NCBI GenBank assembly: GCA_014384285.1 | Contig: JACNGE010000014.1 | Coordinates: 72,427 to 136,426 of the forward strand | DNA from: Actinomycetota bacterium | Lineage (GTDB): Bacteria > Actinomycetota > Acidimicrobiia > Actinomarinales > Actinomarinaceae | DNA: 64,000 nt | Direction of reading: 5' to 3' | In this document: in pieces, positions 48,649 through 58,362 of the stretch | Numbering within the stretch: the first letter of the stretch is position 1 | Layout: every line of letters starts with the position of its first letter | The notes under the pieces: generated by a model | Database searches by the model: none | What the model saw: the letters and a program-made list of their open reading frames with translations, nothing else | What the model was told of the DNA's origin: nothing | Translations under genes and position numbers: made by a program

Positions 48649-48996
48649 ATGTCATTTGACATAAAAATTGAAGGCATAACTACACACGGTAAACACGGTG
48701 TTTACGATTCTGAAAAACTTAAAGAACAACTGTTTTTAATTGATTTACAAATAATTCTTAAAAATGAAACTGTTAAGGAAGATTCAATAAGTTCTACTAT
48801 TGATTATGCAAAGTATGTAGAAGAAGTTGAATATTTAGTTTCATCTTCATCATTTAATCTAATTGAGACCTTAGCGGAGTTTATACATACAAAATTAAAA
48901 AGTTCAAAAATCAAAAAATTAATAGTGACAGTTCACAAACCAAACACACCACTCAGTAAAAAGACACAAGATATTAGTGTTACATACAGTGGATAA
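48649..48996 (+). CDS. folB: Dihydroneopterin aldolase
   Basis: 115 aa with the FolB fold signature (IKIEGITTHGKHGVYDSEK). Confidence 0.8.
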   Translation: MSFDIKIEGITTHGKHGVYDSEKLKEQLFLIDLQIILKNETVKEDSISSTIDYAKYVEEVEYLVSSSSFNLIETLAEFIHTKLKSSKIKKLIVTVHKPNTPLSKKTQDISVTYSG

Positions 48997-49462
48997 TTAT
49001 CCAGGAGTAATTCTTTCTTTAGGGTCAAACATTGGCGATCGTAAAAATAATTTGAAAAATGCTTTAATTGAGCTTGAAAAGATTTCTGAAGTAAAGCTAA
49101 TATCTTCAGTTTATGAGTCAGAGGCATTGCTGGTAAACGACCAAAGAAATTTTTATAATATGGTTGTAGAAATAAATTATTTAAACACAGCTTTAGATTT
49201 GTTGAGAGATATCAAATTTATTGAAAAAAAACTTGGAAGACAAAAAAGCATTCGCTACGGACCCCGCCTTATAGATATAGATATCATTTTTTTTAAAGGC
49301 GAATCTGTCTCCTTAGATGAACTAACTATCCCACACTATGATTGGAGAAATAGGTTATTTGTAATTGAACCTTTAAGTGAAATTATTGATATTTCTGAAC
49401 TTTCTTACCTCGATATAAATGATCAGAAAGTAGAAAAAAAGGGTAATATTAGCTACAAGTAA
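48977..49462 (+). CDS. folK: 2-amino-4-hydroxy-6-hydroxymethyldihydropteridine diphosphokinase (HPPK)
   Basis: 161 aa with the N-terminal LSLGSNIGDR motif. It overlaps folB by 20 nt. Confidence 0.85.
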   Translation: MLHTVDNYPGVILSLGSNIGDRKNNLKNALIELEKISEVKLISSVYESEALLVNDQRNFYNMVVEINYLNTALDLLRDIKFIEKKLGRQKSIRYGPRLIDIDIIFFKGESVSLDELTIPHYDWRNRLFVIEPLSEIIDISELSYLDINDQKVEKKGNISYK

Positions 49463-49492
49463 TTACGGGCACCATTAAAGGGCACGATAAAT

Positions 49493-50314
49493 GTGAAACA
49501 TATAAAACAAATAACGAATGAAATGCTTCAAGAGAAACTTTTTTTTATTCCCACAATGGGGTCTTTACACAGAGGTCATCTTTCGTTAATTGAAAATGCA
49601 AAGCAGTTTGAATTAAAAATAGTCGTATCAATTTTTGTAAATCCAAAACAATTTAACGACTCTAACGATTTCAAAAAATATCCCAGAGACATTGAAAAAG
49701 ACTTTGATATTCTAAATAACTCAAAAATCGATTATTTATTTACCCCTGACAAAGAATATGTATATGGACAAAATTTTAAGAACATAATTCACTCAGGAAG
49801 CATTGGAAAAAAATATGAAGGAAAGTCGAGACCAGGACACTTCGACGGGGTACTAACAGTAGTTAATAGACTCTTTGAACTTGTGCAACCAAGGAAAGCA
49901 ATTTTTGGAAAAAAGGATGCACAGCAATTGTTTCTTATAAAACAGTATGTAGGTAAAAATAATTTAGATATTGAGCTGCTTGAAGGAGATATTATCCGAG
50001 ACTCTAATGGATTGGCTCTAAGTAGTAGAAATCAACTTTTAAGTGACCAGGGATTAGTTGCAGCCACTGGACTAAAGAGACATCTAGATACTCTCAAAGA
50101 GGAGTATCTTCAAACTCGAGATGTTAATCAATCAATTAATTATGCACTTGAGCAAAATAAGGACCGCAATCTCACAGTTGATTATCTTCACATCTTAGAC
50201 AAAAATACCTTTAGTAAATTAACTGAAGAGACTACAAATGCAATAATTATTATTGCAGGATATGTAGAGGGTATTAGATTAATTGATAATATTGATTTTA
50301 GAGTGGAAATTTAA
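49493..50314 (+). CDS. panC: Pantoate--beta-alanine ligase
   Basis: 273 aa with the PTMGSLHRGHLSLI (HIGH-like) motif. Confidence 0.9.
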   Translation: MKHIKQITNEMLQEKLFFIPTMGSLHRGHLSLIENAKQFELKIVVSIFVNPKQFNDSNDFKKYPRDIEKDFDILNNSKIDYLFTPDKEYVYGQNFKNIIHSGSIGKKYEGKSRPGHFDGVLTVVNRLFELVQPRKAIFGKKDAQQLFLIKQYVGKNNLDIELLEGDIIRDSNGLALSSRNQLLSDQGLVAATGLKRHLDTLKEEYLQTRDVNQSINYALEQNKDRNLTVDYLHILDKNTFSKLTEETTNAIIIIAGYVEGIRLIDNIDFRVEI

Positions 50315-51082
50315 ATGAAAAAAATTATAGCAATAGATATTGGTAACAGTGAAACTACTGTTGGTGTTGGCAATTCGAGCAAATGGGAAAGCTATCGCTA
50401 CACGACGAGAAAAACTATCACCTCAGATGAATTATTTATGATGTTTAATACAACGATTGATCTATCAAAAACTAATGATGAGATTGTTGATGGGGCAATA
50501 GTCTGTTCTGTAGTACCTCAGATTACGGAAAGTGTTGTATCGGCAATAAATAAATTTACATCTAAAGATGTTTTAGTAGTAGGGCCTGGTGTAAAAACTG
50601 GCTTAAAAGTAAACATTGACAATCCAAAAGAATTAGGACCCGATAGAATTGCAAATTCTGTTGGCGGCTTTAAAAAGATAAACAAAGAAGTTGTAATTGT
50701 AGATTTAGGAACTGCCACAACTTTTGATGTTGTTAACAGTAACAAAGAATATCTTGGTGGGTCTATAGCTCCCGGCATTAAAATAAGCTTAGATGCATTA
50801 ATTTCGAGGACGTCTTCCCTTAAATCTGTTGAACTTAAAGAACCTGGAAAAGTTATTGGAAAAAATACTTATGAAGCAATCCAGAGTGGTTTAGTTCTGG
50901 GCCATGCATCAATGATTGATTCAATGCTAGAAAAAATCATCTTAGAGTCTGAACTTTCTCCCGGTGTGGTAATAACTGGTGGGCTGGGAACTTTAATTCA
51001 ACCAGCATTAAACATAAATTCATCCTATGAAAAAAATCTAACTCTAGATGGACTTGAAGAAATATATAATTTAAATAATTAA
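50315..51082 (+). CDS. coaX: Type III pantothenate kinase
   Basis: 255 aa ASKHA fold with IIAIDIGNSETTVG. It abuts panC with no gap. Confidence 0.85.
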   Translation: MKKIIAIDIGNSETTVGVGNSSKWESYRYTTRKTITSDELFMMFNTTIDLSKTNDEIVDGAIVCSVVPQITESVVSAINKFTSKDVLVVGPGVKTGLKVNIDNPKELGPDRIANSVGGFKKINKEVVIVDLGTATTFDVVNSNKEYLGGSIAPGIKISLDALISRTSSLKSVELKEPGKVIGKNTYEAIQSGLVLGHASMIDSMLEKIILESELSPGVVITGGLGTLIQPALNINSSYEKNLTLDGLEEIYNLNN

Positions 51083-51091
51083 GCTATGTAA

Positions 51092-52582
51092 ATGAGCAAT
51101 TTTTCAAAATCAGAAAAAGAAATCTATGACCTAAGATTAGAGAAAATTCAATATTTTCTTGAACACAGCAAAGACCCATTTCCAACTCAGTTCACTGGAG
51201 GATCTAAAATAGCAGATATTATTACTAGGCACAACGACTTATTAGATGCAGAGCATTCGGGAGTTGAAGTTCAAATCCATGGCAGGATTTTAAATGGTAG
51301 ATCTTTTGGAAAGCTCTCATTTTATGATTTGGTTGATTATTCTGGAAAAATTCAACTACTTGTTGATTCGAAAACTTTGCCAGATGAAGAGAGTTTACAT
51401 TTCTCTAAATATGATTCTGGAGACATCGTTGGTGTTAAGGGAGAAGTCATGAAAACAAAAAAAGGAGAACTCTCCGTAAAGGTAATTAGTAGTACGATAT
51501 TGTCAAAGTCTCTAAGAACTTTGCCTGAAAAATGGCATGGCTTGAAGGACAAGGAAACTAGATTTCGTCAAAGGTATTTAGATTTTATAGTTAACCCAGA
51601 CGCTAAGCAGACTATAGAGACAAGATCAAAAGTTATTAATTCGATAAGAAACTTTATGCATGCCAAGGAATTCATAGAAGTTGAGACTCCAATTTTACAA
51701 CCTAAAGCAGGGGGTGCAATTGCAAAGCCATTTATAACCCACCATAACGCTCTGGATGTTGATATGTATTTAAGAATTGCGCCAGAACTTTATTTGAAAA
51801 GAATGATAGTTGGGGGTTTTGAAAAAGTTTTTGAGCTAGGTCGCGTTTTTAGAAATGAAGGGATAGATCAGACACATTCACCGGAATTTACAATGATGGA
51901 GAGTTATGAAGCATACACAAATGTAGAAGGTGTTATAAAGATGGTTGAAGACATGTGTTCAGCAGTATTTACAGATTTGCAGTTAAGCCATGAAATTTCT
52001 TTTGATGGAAAAAAAGCAGACTTCTCTTTTCCATGGGAAAAAGCATCAATGTTTTCATTAGTCTCAGAGTATGTAAACCTAAAAATTGAATTTGATTCAG
52101 ACTTAAACCATACTATTAAAGAGTTGAATACAAACAATATTGAATTCAGCGAGGATTCTAAAACTATAGGCCTTCTCGTTTATGATTTATTCGAAAGATA
52201 TGTTGAAGAAAATATAATAAACCCAACTTTTATAACAGACTATCCAGTAGAGGTGTCACCATTTGCTAGAAATAATAAAGATAACCCTAATGTAACCGAA
52301 AGATTTGAATTGTTTGCATTTGGAAGTGAACTTGCAAATGGGTTTTCTGAGCTAATTGATCCAATTGAGCAAGAAACTAGATTAAAATCTCAGGCCCAAA
52401 AAAAAGAATTAGGTGACGAGGAGGCACATGTTGAAGATATGGATTATATAGAGGCTTTAGAGCATGCCTTACCTCCTACAGGTGGGCTTGGATTTGGAAT
52501 TGATAGATTTGTGATGATGCTCACTGGAAATACATCAATCAGAGAAGTGGTAGCTTTTCCTCACTTAAAGCCAGAGAATTAA
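51092..52582 (+). CDS. lysS: Lysine--tRNA ligase (class II)
   Basis: 496 aa with an OB-fold anticodon-binding domain and class II motifs 1-3 (FRNEG; GGLGFGIDR). Confidence 0.95.
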   Translation: MSNFSKSEKEIYDLRLEKIQYFLEHSKDPFPTQFTGGSKIADIITRHNDLLDAEHSGVEVQIHGRILNGRSFGKLSFYDLVDYSGKIQLLVDSKTLPDEESLHFSKYDSGDIVGVKGEVMKTKKGELSVKVISSTILSKSLRTLPEKWHGLKDKETRFRQRYLDFIVNPDAKQTIETRSKVINSIRNFMHAKEFIEVETPILQPKAGGAIAKPFITHHNALDVDMYLRIAPELYLKRMIVGGFEKVFELGRVFRNEGIDQTHSPEFTMMESYEAYTNVEGVIKMVEDMCSAVFTDLQLSHEISFDGKKADFSFPWEKASMFSLVSEYVNLKIEFDSDLNHTIKELNTNNIEFSEDSKTIGLLVYDLFERYVEENIINPTFITDYPVEVSPFARNNKDNPNVTERFELFAFGSELANGFSELIDPIEQETRLKSQAQKKELGDEEAHVEDMDYIEALEHALPPTGGLGFGIDRFVMMLTGNTSIREVVAFPHLKPEN

Positions 52583-53556
52583 TTACTCCTTTGAAGTAAA
52601 TATTCGTTAAGGTTATTCAAAATATCTGAAATCTCTTTATTTTCTATATTTTTTATAGCTTCATTACTTTTTTTAAAATGATAGTTCACAAATTTATTAG
52701 ACTCCTCGATAATTTCGTCATTATTAAATTCATTTAATACAGCTGAGAGCTCTAATTCAGAATTCTTTACGCGCTGAAGAATTTCTTCTATTTTTTTGGG
52801 ATTTTTTTCAAGTGCCAGAAGTACGGGCAAAGTATAAGTCCCCTCCAAAATATCATTTCCAGCAGGCTTACCTAAGGTTTCACTATCAGAGTTTAAATCT
52901 AAAATATCATCAGTAATTTGGAAAATTATTCCATTATGCCAAGCCCAAGAACTTATTGCCTCTGTAACATTACTATTACAATCTGAAGCCATAGCACCAA
53001 GTTTTGCACTGGTTCTAATTAAGCTAGCTGTTTTTCCTCCGATTACCTCAAGATAATCGTCAGTAGAATGTGTAGTATTAAATGAAAATTGGACTTCTTT
53101 TGTTTGACCTACAACTAACTCAGCATAAGTTGATGCAAGTAATTTAACTGATTCAAGACCTAGATTATCTGCTGCAAGTTCTGAAGACCTAGCCAATAAA
53201 TAATCACCCGCCAAAATAGCAAGCGTTGCATTCCACTTACGATTTGTACTCTCAACACCCCTTCTAGTTTTTGCCTTATCGATCACGTCATCGTGATACA
53301 AGCTTCCTAAATGAATTAACTCAACTGATATTCCAGCATCTATTACTTTTTCTTTATCTCCGCTACCTAATTCACCTGATAAAAGGGCAATAAGTGGTCT
53401 AAATCTTTTTCCACCTGCTTGTATTAAATATTGAGAGATTTCTGTTAAGTACGGATCTTCTGAAATTGTTACTTCATAAAGACGTTTTTCCAATATTTCC
53501 AGGTTTTCCCATAAACTGGGGAGGGGAATAATGTTTTGCAGTTGGTTTGAATCCAT
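52579..53556 (-). CDS. Polyprenyl diphosphate synthase (trans-isoprenyl diphosphate synthase)
   Basis: 325 aa with the first Asp-rich motif LYHDDVID and a second DDxxD region (FQITDDILD). Confidence 0.85.
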   Translation of the reverse strand: MDSNQLQNIIPLPSLWENLEILEKRLYEVTISEDPYLTEISQYLIQAGGKRFRPLIALLSGELGSGDKEKVIDAGISVELIHLGSLYHDDVIDKAKTRRGVESTNRKWNATLAILAGDYLLARSSELAADNLGLESVKLLASTYAELVVGQTKEVQFSFNTTHSTDDYLEVIGGKTASLIRTSAKLGAMASDCNSNVTEAISSWAWHNGIIFQITDDILDLNSDSETLGKPAGNDILEGTYTLPVLLALEKNPKKIEEILQRVKNSELELSAVLNEFNNDEIIEESNKFVNYHFKKSNEAIKNIENKEISDILNNLNEYLLQRSN

Positions 53557-53635
53557 ATTTATAGAATAAGTTATTTCTATAAATACATGTAATTTTCATT
53601 TAGGCGTATAAACAGAGACTTATTAATATAAACGT

Positions 53636-56116
53636 ATGTTTGAAAGATTTACAGATAGAGCCCGTAGAGTAGTTGTTCTTGCACAAGAGGAAGCAAGAAG
53701 ACTAAATCATAACTACATAGGCACAGAACATATTCTTCTTGGTCTTATTCAAGAAGGTGAAGGCCATGCCGCAAAAGCTCTAGAAGAGCTCAGCATAAAT
53801 ATTGATTCTGTAAGATCAGAAGTTGTTGAGATAATAGGTGAAGGACAACAATCCCCAAGTGGTCATATACCTTTTACACCAAGAGCTAAAAAAGTTTTAG
53901 AACTCTCACTAAGAGAAGCCCTCCAACTCGGGCACAACTACATAGGTACTGAACATATTTTATTAGGACTTATTCGAGAAGGCGAAGGAGTTGCTGCCCA
54001 GGTGTTAAAAAAACTAGGTGCAGAACTTTCCCAGGTCAGACAAACAGTTATCAAACTCATTTCCTCGTCCGGAGAAGATAAAAAACCACAATCTGCCTCA
54101 ACAGGTGGTAGAGAACGACCTGGATCTGGTACGGGATCTGCGATATTAGATCAATTTGGTAGAAATTTAACAAGGATGGCAAAAGAAGGTAAATTAGACC
54201 CAGTGATTGGTAGGTCAACTGAAATTGAACGAGTTATGCAAATTTTATCCAGAAGAACAAAAAACAATCCCGTTCTTATTGGTGAACCTGGTGTAGGTAA
54301 AACTGCAATAGTAGAAGGATTGGCACAAAAAATTGTATCTGGTGATATTCCTGTAACACTTCAAGGTAAACAAATTTACACCTTAGACCTCTCATCGCTT
54401 GTTGCCGGATCAAGATATAGGGGAGATTTTGAGGAAAGACTCAAAAAAGTCTTAAAAGAAATTAAAACTAGAGGAGACATAGTTCTTTTTATTGATGAGA
54501 TACACACATTAGTTGGTGCTGGAGCTGCAGAGGGTGCAATCGATGCTGCATCAATCCTTAAGCCGATGTTGGCCAGAGGAGAGTTGCAAACTGTAGGAGC
54601 TACAACTCTTGAAGAGTTTAGAAAGCATTTTGAAAAAGATGCTGCTTTAGAACGACGTTTTCAATCTGTTAAAGTCGATGAACCAAACTTGTCTGATGCA
54701 ATCGAAATATTAGGTGGCCTAAAAGACAGATATGAAGTTCATCATGGAGTCAGGTTTACAGATCAAGCAATTGCTTCTGCGGTAAATATGGCTGATCGCT
54801 ATATTTCCGATAGGTTTTTACCAGATAAAGCTATCGATTTAATAGATGAAGCAGGAAGCCGTATGAGAGTTTATAAAAAACCATTAGATCCAGATAAACA
54901 AGAACTTTCTGATAAATTAAAAAACTTCAGAGAGCAAAAAATTGACGCTGTTCAATCACAACTTTTTGAAAAAGCAGCCCAAATTCGTGACCAGGAAAAA
55001 ATGTTACTTGAAGAAATTGACTCCCTAGAAGGAGTTTCTTCCACAGATGTTGAAATGGTTATTGATGAAGAAGAGATTGCAGAAGTATTAGCACAGTGGA
55101 CAGGGATACCTGTACACCGATTAACCCAAGAAGAAACTGCAAGATTGCTTGAGATGGAAAATGAATTACATAAACGAATAGTTGGGCAAAATGAAGCTAT
55201 TATCGCTGTTTCTAAAGCAATAAGAAGAACTAGATCAGGATTAAAGGACCCTAAAAGACCATCTGGATCTTTTATTTTCCTCGGACCGTCCGGTGTTGGT
55301 AAAACCGAAACTGCAAAAGCTTTAGCAGAGTTTCTTTTTGGAGATGAAGATTCGTTAATACAAATTGATATGTCCGAATACATGGAAAAACATACAGTTA
55401 GTAGGTTGATAGGTTCTCCTCCAGGATACGTCGGGTATGATGAGGGTGGTCAACTAACAGAAGCCGTTAGAAGAAAACCATTCAGTATCGTATTGCTTGA
55501 TGAAGTTGAAAAAGCCCATCCAGATGTTTTTAATACGCTTTTGCAAATACTAGAAGATGGACGGTTAACTGATGCACAAGGTAGAACTGTTGATTTTAAA
55601 AATACAGTAATTATCATGACTTCCAACCTTGGTACTAAAGATTTAAGTAAAAATATTGGATTCAGCAATCTTACTGATACAGGATCCTATGAAAAAATGA
55701 AATCCAAAGTCGGCGAAGAGTTAAAAAGATACTTCAAGCCAGAGTTTCTCAACAGAATTGATGAAACAATTGTATTTCATCAGCTTACCGTTGAGGAAGT
55801 TACGGAGATAGTAGATTTGATGTTAGATAGAGTCCACAAACAACTTAAAAACTCCGACATAGAAATTGTATTATCAGAAGAAGCCAAATCTTACCTAGCA
55901 ACAGAAGGATACAATAAAGAATTTGGAGCTAGGCCTTTGCGTAGATCCATACAAAGACTTTTAGAAGACCCTTTATCTGAGGAGTTGCTTCAAGGTAAAT
56001 ACAAGGCAGGTTCTACAGTTGTAATATCACTCAATTCTGAAGAGGGCATTCTAGAATTCGAAGCTGTAGAGGCTCCAACTGAGCCACCAGTTGACTTTGC
56101 AGATTCTGAGTCATAG
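53636..56116 (+). CDS. clpC: ATP-dependent Clp protease ATP-binding subunit ClpC
   Basis: 826 aa with a duplicated Clp N-domain repeat, two AAA+ modules (GEPGVGKT; GPSGVGKT) and a UVR-like linker. Confidence 0.95.
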   Translation: MFERFTDRARRVVVLAQEEARRLNHNYIGTEHILLGLIQEGEGHAAKALEELSINIDSVRSEVVEIIGEGQQSPSGHIPFTPRAKKVLELSLREALQLGHNYIGTEHILLGLIREGEGVAAQVLKKLGAELSQVRQTVIKLISSSGEDKKPQSASTGGRERPGSGTGSAILDQFGRNLTRMAKEGKLDPVIGRSTEIERVMQILSRRTKNNPVLIGEPGVGKTAIVEGLAQKIVSGDIPVTLQGKQIYTLDLSSLVAGSRYRGDFEERLKKVLKEIKTRGDIVLFIDEIHTLVGAGAAEGAIDAASILKPMLARGELQTVGATTLEEFRKHFEKDAALERRFQSVKVDEPNLSDAIEILGGLKDRYEVHHGVRFTDQAIASAVNMADRYISDRFLPDKAIDLIDEAGSRMRVYKKPLDPDKQELSDKLKNFREQKIDAVQSQLFEKAAQIRDQEKMLLEEIDSLEGVSSTDVEMVIDEEEIAEVLAQWTGIPVHRLTQEETARLLEMENELHKRIVGQNEAIIAVSKAIRRTRSGLKDPKRPSGSFIFLGPSGVGKTETAKALAEFLFGDEDSLIQIDMSEYMEKHTVSRLIGSPPGYVGYDEGGQLTEAVRRKPFSIVLLDEVEKAHPDVFNTLLQILEDGRLTDAQGRTVDFKNTVIIMTSNLGTKDLSKNIGFSNLTDTGSYEKMKSKVGEELKRYFKPEFLNRIDETIVFHQLTVEEVTEIVDLMLDRVHKQLKNSDIEIVLSEEAKSYLATEGYNKEFGARPLRRSIQRLLEDPLSEELLQGKYKAGSTVVISLNSEEGILEFEAVEAPTEPPVDFADSES

Positions 56117-56131
56117 TATTAACTAACTCAA

Positions 56132-57064
56132 ATGAGAATAATAATTGATACCGATCCGGGTACTGATGATGCAGTAGCAATATTAATTGCTTTGGCACAC
56201 TTTACGGATCAAGAAATCTTAGGTATAACAACAGTAGCTGGCAATGTTGGTGTAAAAGTAGGAACTAAAAACGCCCTAAGAATTCTTGAGCATGCTGGCA
56301 GAAATGATATAAAAGTTTACGAGGGTGAAAGCGCACCATTAGAAAGAGATCTGTTGACTGCTGAGTGGGTTCACGGAACCGACGGATTAGGCGGAGTTCC
56401 TTTTCCTGAACCATCAAAAAAAGAGGAACAAATAGATGCTGTCTCATTTTTAAAAGATTCAATTTTAAATTCAGAAGAAAAAGTTACTATATGTGTTTTA
56501 GGTCCTATGACAAATATTGGAAAAGCACTACTTGAAAAGCCTGAAATAGTCGAAAACATTGAACAGATTGTTTTTATGGGAGGAAGTGCTACTGGAGGGA
56601 ATACTACTCCTGCTGCTGAATTCAACATACTTGTTGACCCTGAAGCCGCAGATGTAGTTTTGCATTGTGGAGCTAAATTAGTAATGATGGGGTTAGATGT
56701 AACCCACCAAGCTATTTCAACATCAGAAAGAATACAAAATATTTCCGATACAAAAACAAAAACTTCAGAACTTCTTGTGGGCCTAATGTCTCGCTTAGCA
56801 AATCTAGAAATCGTCAAAAAAAAGTTTCCAGATGGAACACCTGTCCATGATGCCTTTGTGACAGCTTATCTCGTAGACAATTCACTAACTACTGGTAATT
56901 TAGTTAACGTAGAAGTGGAAACTTCCTCTGACCTCACACTTGGGCAAACAGTAGTAGACATTAATGAAATATCTGAAAGAGATAAAAATGTTCACTGGAT
57001 GAATTTAGTTGATGATAATAAGCTGTTTTCAATCATAACAAAAACTTCTTTAACTCTCCCTTAA
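56132..57064 (+). CDS. iunH: Nucleoside hydrolase (IU-NH family)
   Basis: 310 aa with the N-terminal DTDPGTDDAVAI calcium/ribose-binding aspartate cluster. Confidence 0.85.
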   Translation: MRIIIDTDPGTDDAVAILIALAHFTDQEILGITTVAGNVGVKVGTKNALRILEHAGRNDIKVYEGESAPLERDLLTAEWVHGTDGLGGVPFPEPSKKEEQIDAVSFLKDSILNSEEKVTICVLGPMTNIGKALLEKPEIVENIEQIVFMGGSATGGNTTPAAEFNILVDPEAADVVLHCGAKLVMMGLDVTHQAISTSERIQNISDTKTKTSELLVGLMSRLANLEIVKKKFPDGTPVHDAFVTAYLVDNSLTTGNLVNVEVETSSDLTLGQTVVDINEISERDKNVHWMNLVDDNKLFSIITKTSLTLP

Positions 57065-57155
57065 AAATAAAAATAACACTTATATTAGTTCGGCAGTTTT
57101 TGAAAAATGCTATAAACTTATCTCATCATTATTTAAATAATGAAGGAGTAAATAA

Positions 57156-58274
57156 ATGATAACAAATAAAAAGAAATCATCTTTGATTTTGCTGTCTCTA
57201 ATGCTAATTCTATCTGCCTGTGGTGGATCAGATACTGCAACAGAGGAAGTTGCTGAAGTCGTAGTTGAGGAAGAATCATTAGATTCACCTGCTACAACTG
57301 CAGCACCTGCAGCAGAACCGGATGGACTAAAAGTTGGTATCGTTCTTGGCGCATTAGGTGACCTTTCCTTCATGGACTCTGCTAAAAGAGGCTACGATAA
57401 AGCTGTAGCTGACCTTGGCATTCAAGGAGACTATGTAGAAACAGAGCCTAGCGAAAGAGCAGCTGCTATTCAAAACTTTCTAGCTGATGGAAAAGAAATG
57501 ATCATTACGGTCGGTTTCTCAGAAGCAGAAATTACAAAAGAAGCAGCAATAGCCAACCCAGACGTACAATTTGCAATTGTTGATATGGTTATTACAGCAG
57601 ACAATGGTGATTTATTACCAAACGTCTCAAACCTTATTTTCAAAGAGCATGAGGGTTCTTTTGAAGTAGGATATATTGCTGGAAAACTTTCCAAAACTGG
57701 TCATGTAGCATTCATGGGCGGAATGGACGTTCCAATAATTAGAAAATTTCAAACAGGTTGGGAAGAGGGTGCAAAATATGCAAACCCTGATATCAAACTT
57801 TGTGATGGTTATGCCGGTAGCTGGGGAGATCCTGCTAAAGGTAAAGAAATCGCATTAAGTTGTTTCGAGCAAGGTGCAGATATTATATTTGCAGCTGGTG
57901 GCTCAACTGGTAATGGAGCATACGAAGCCGCAGCGGAAACAGGTAATTTCGCTATAGGTGTTGACTCCAACCAAGACTTTATGCAACCTGGAACTATGAT
58001 CACATCCATGATGAAGAACGTAGACTTTGCAGTCTACTCAGCAATCAAGGACAGAAGTGACGCCGGAATGGTAATAAGCACAATTGCTTCTTACGGTTCA
58101 GCAGAAAACGGTGTTGGTCCAACATGGTTAGTTGATGGAAGTTCATTATTTGCTGATGAAGGTCCTGCTGACATGGCAGCCCAAGTCGCAGCTTTAACTG
58201 AAGAAGTAAAAGAAGTTAGAGCAAAAATTGTTTCTGGTGAAATTGTTGTTACTGATGTAACAGCTGGTGGTTAA
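57156..58274 (+). CDS. BMP-family ABC transporter substrate-binding lipoprotein (nucleoside-binding, PnrA-like)
   Basis: 372 aa with a lipobox (LILSAC) and the BMP/Med/PnrA periplasmic-binding fold. Confidence 0.85.
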   Translation: MITNKKKSSLILLSLMLILSACGGSDTATEEVAEVVVEEESLDSPATTAAPAAEPDGLKVGIVLGALGDLSFMDSAKRGYDKAVADLGIQGDYVETEPSERAAAIQNFLADGKEMIITVGFSEAEITKEAAIANPDVQFAIVDMVITADNGDLLPNVSNLIFKEHEGSFEVGYIAGKLSKTGHVAFMGGMDVPIIRKFQTGWEEGAKYANPDIKLCDGYAGSWGDPAKGKEIALSCFEQGADIIFAAGGSTGNGAYEAAAETGNFAIGVDSNQDFMQPGTMITSMMKNVDFAVYSAIKDRSDAGMVISTIASYGSAENGVGPTWLVDGSSLFADEGPADMAAQVAALTEEVKEVRAKIVSGEIVVTDVTAGG

Positions 58275-58303
58275 TAAAACCAATTACTAGACAAATAATT
58301 TAA

Positions 58304-58329
58304 TTTAGCCCGACGTGAGTCGGGCTAAA
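58304..58329 (+). terminator. Perfect 11-bp inverted-repeat hairpin between the substrate-binding-protein gene and the ABC ATPase gene. It is an intrinsic terminator or attenuator candidate.
   Basis: TTTAGCCCGAC-GTGA-GTCGGGCTAAA is a GC-rich stem in AT-rich DNA, 30 nt after the BMP stop and followed by an A/T-rich run. The ORF-track GTG start of the next gene sits in the loop and is probably not real. Confidence 0.5.
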
Positions 58330-58362
58330 TTATTAAGATTATATATATTTACAAACTTGAAA

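Noticed and set aside
58315-58362. ORF-track N-terminal extension of the ABC ATPase (MSRAKLLRLYIFTNLK...)
   Set aside because: Its GTG start is the loop of the perfect hairpin at 58304..58329. The conserved ABC N-terminus begins at ATG 58363.
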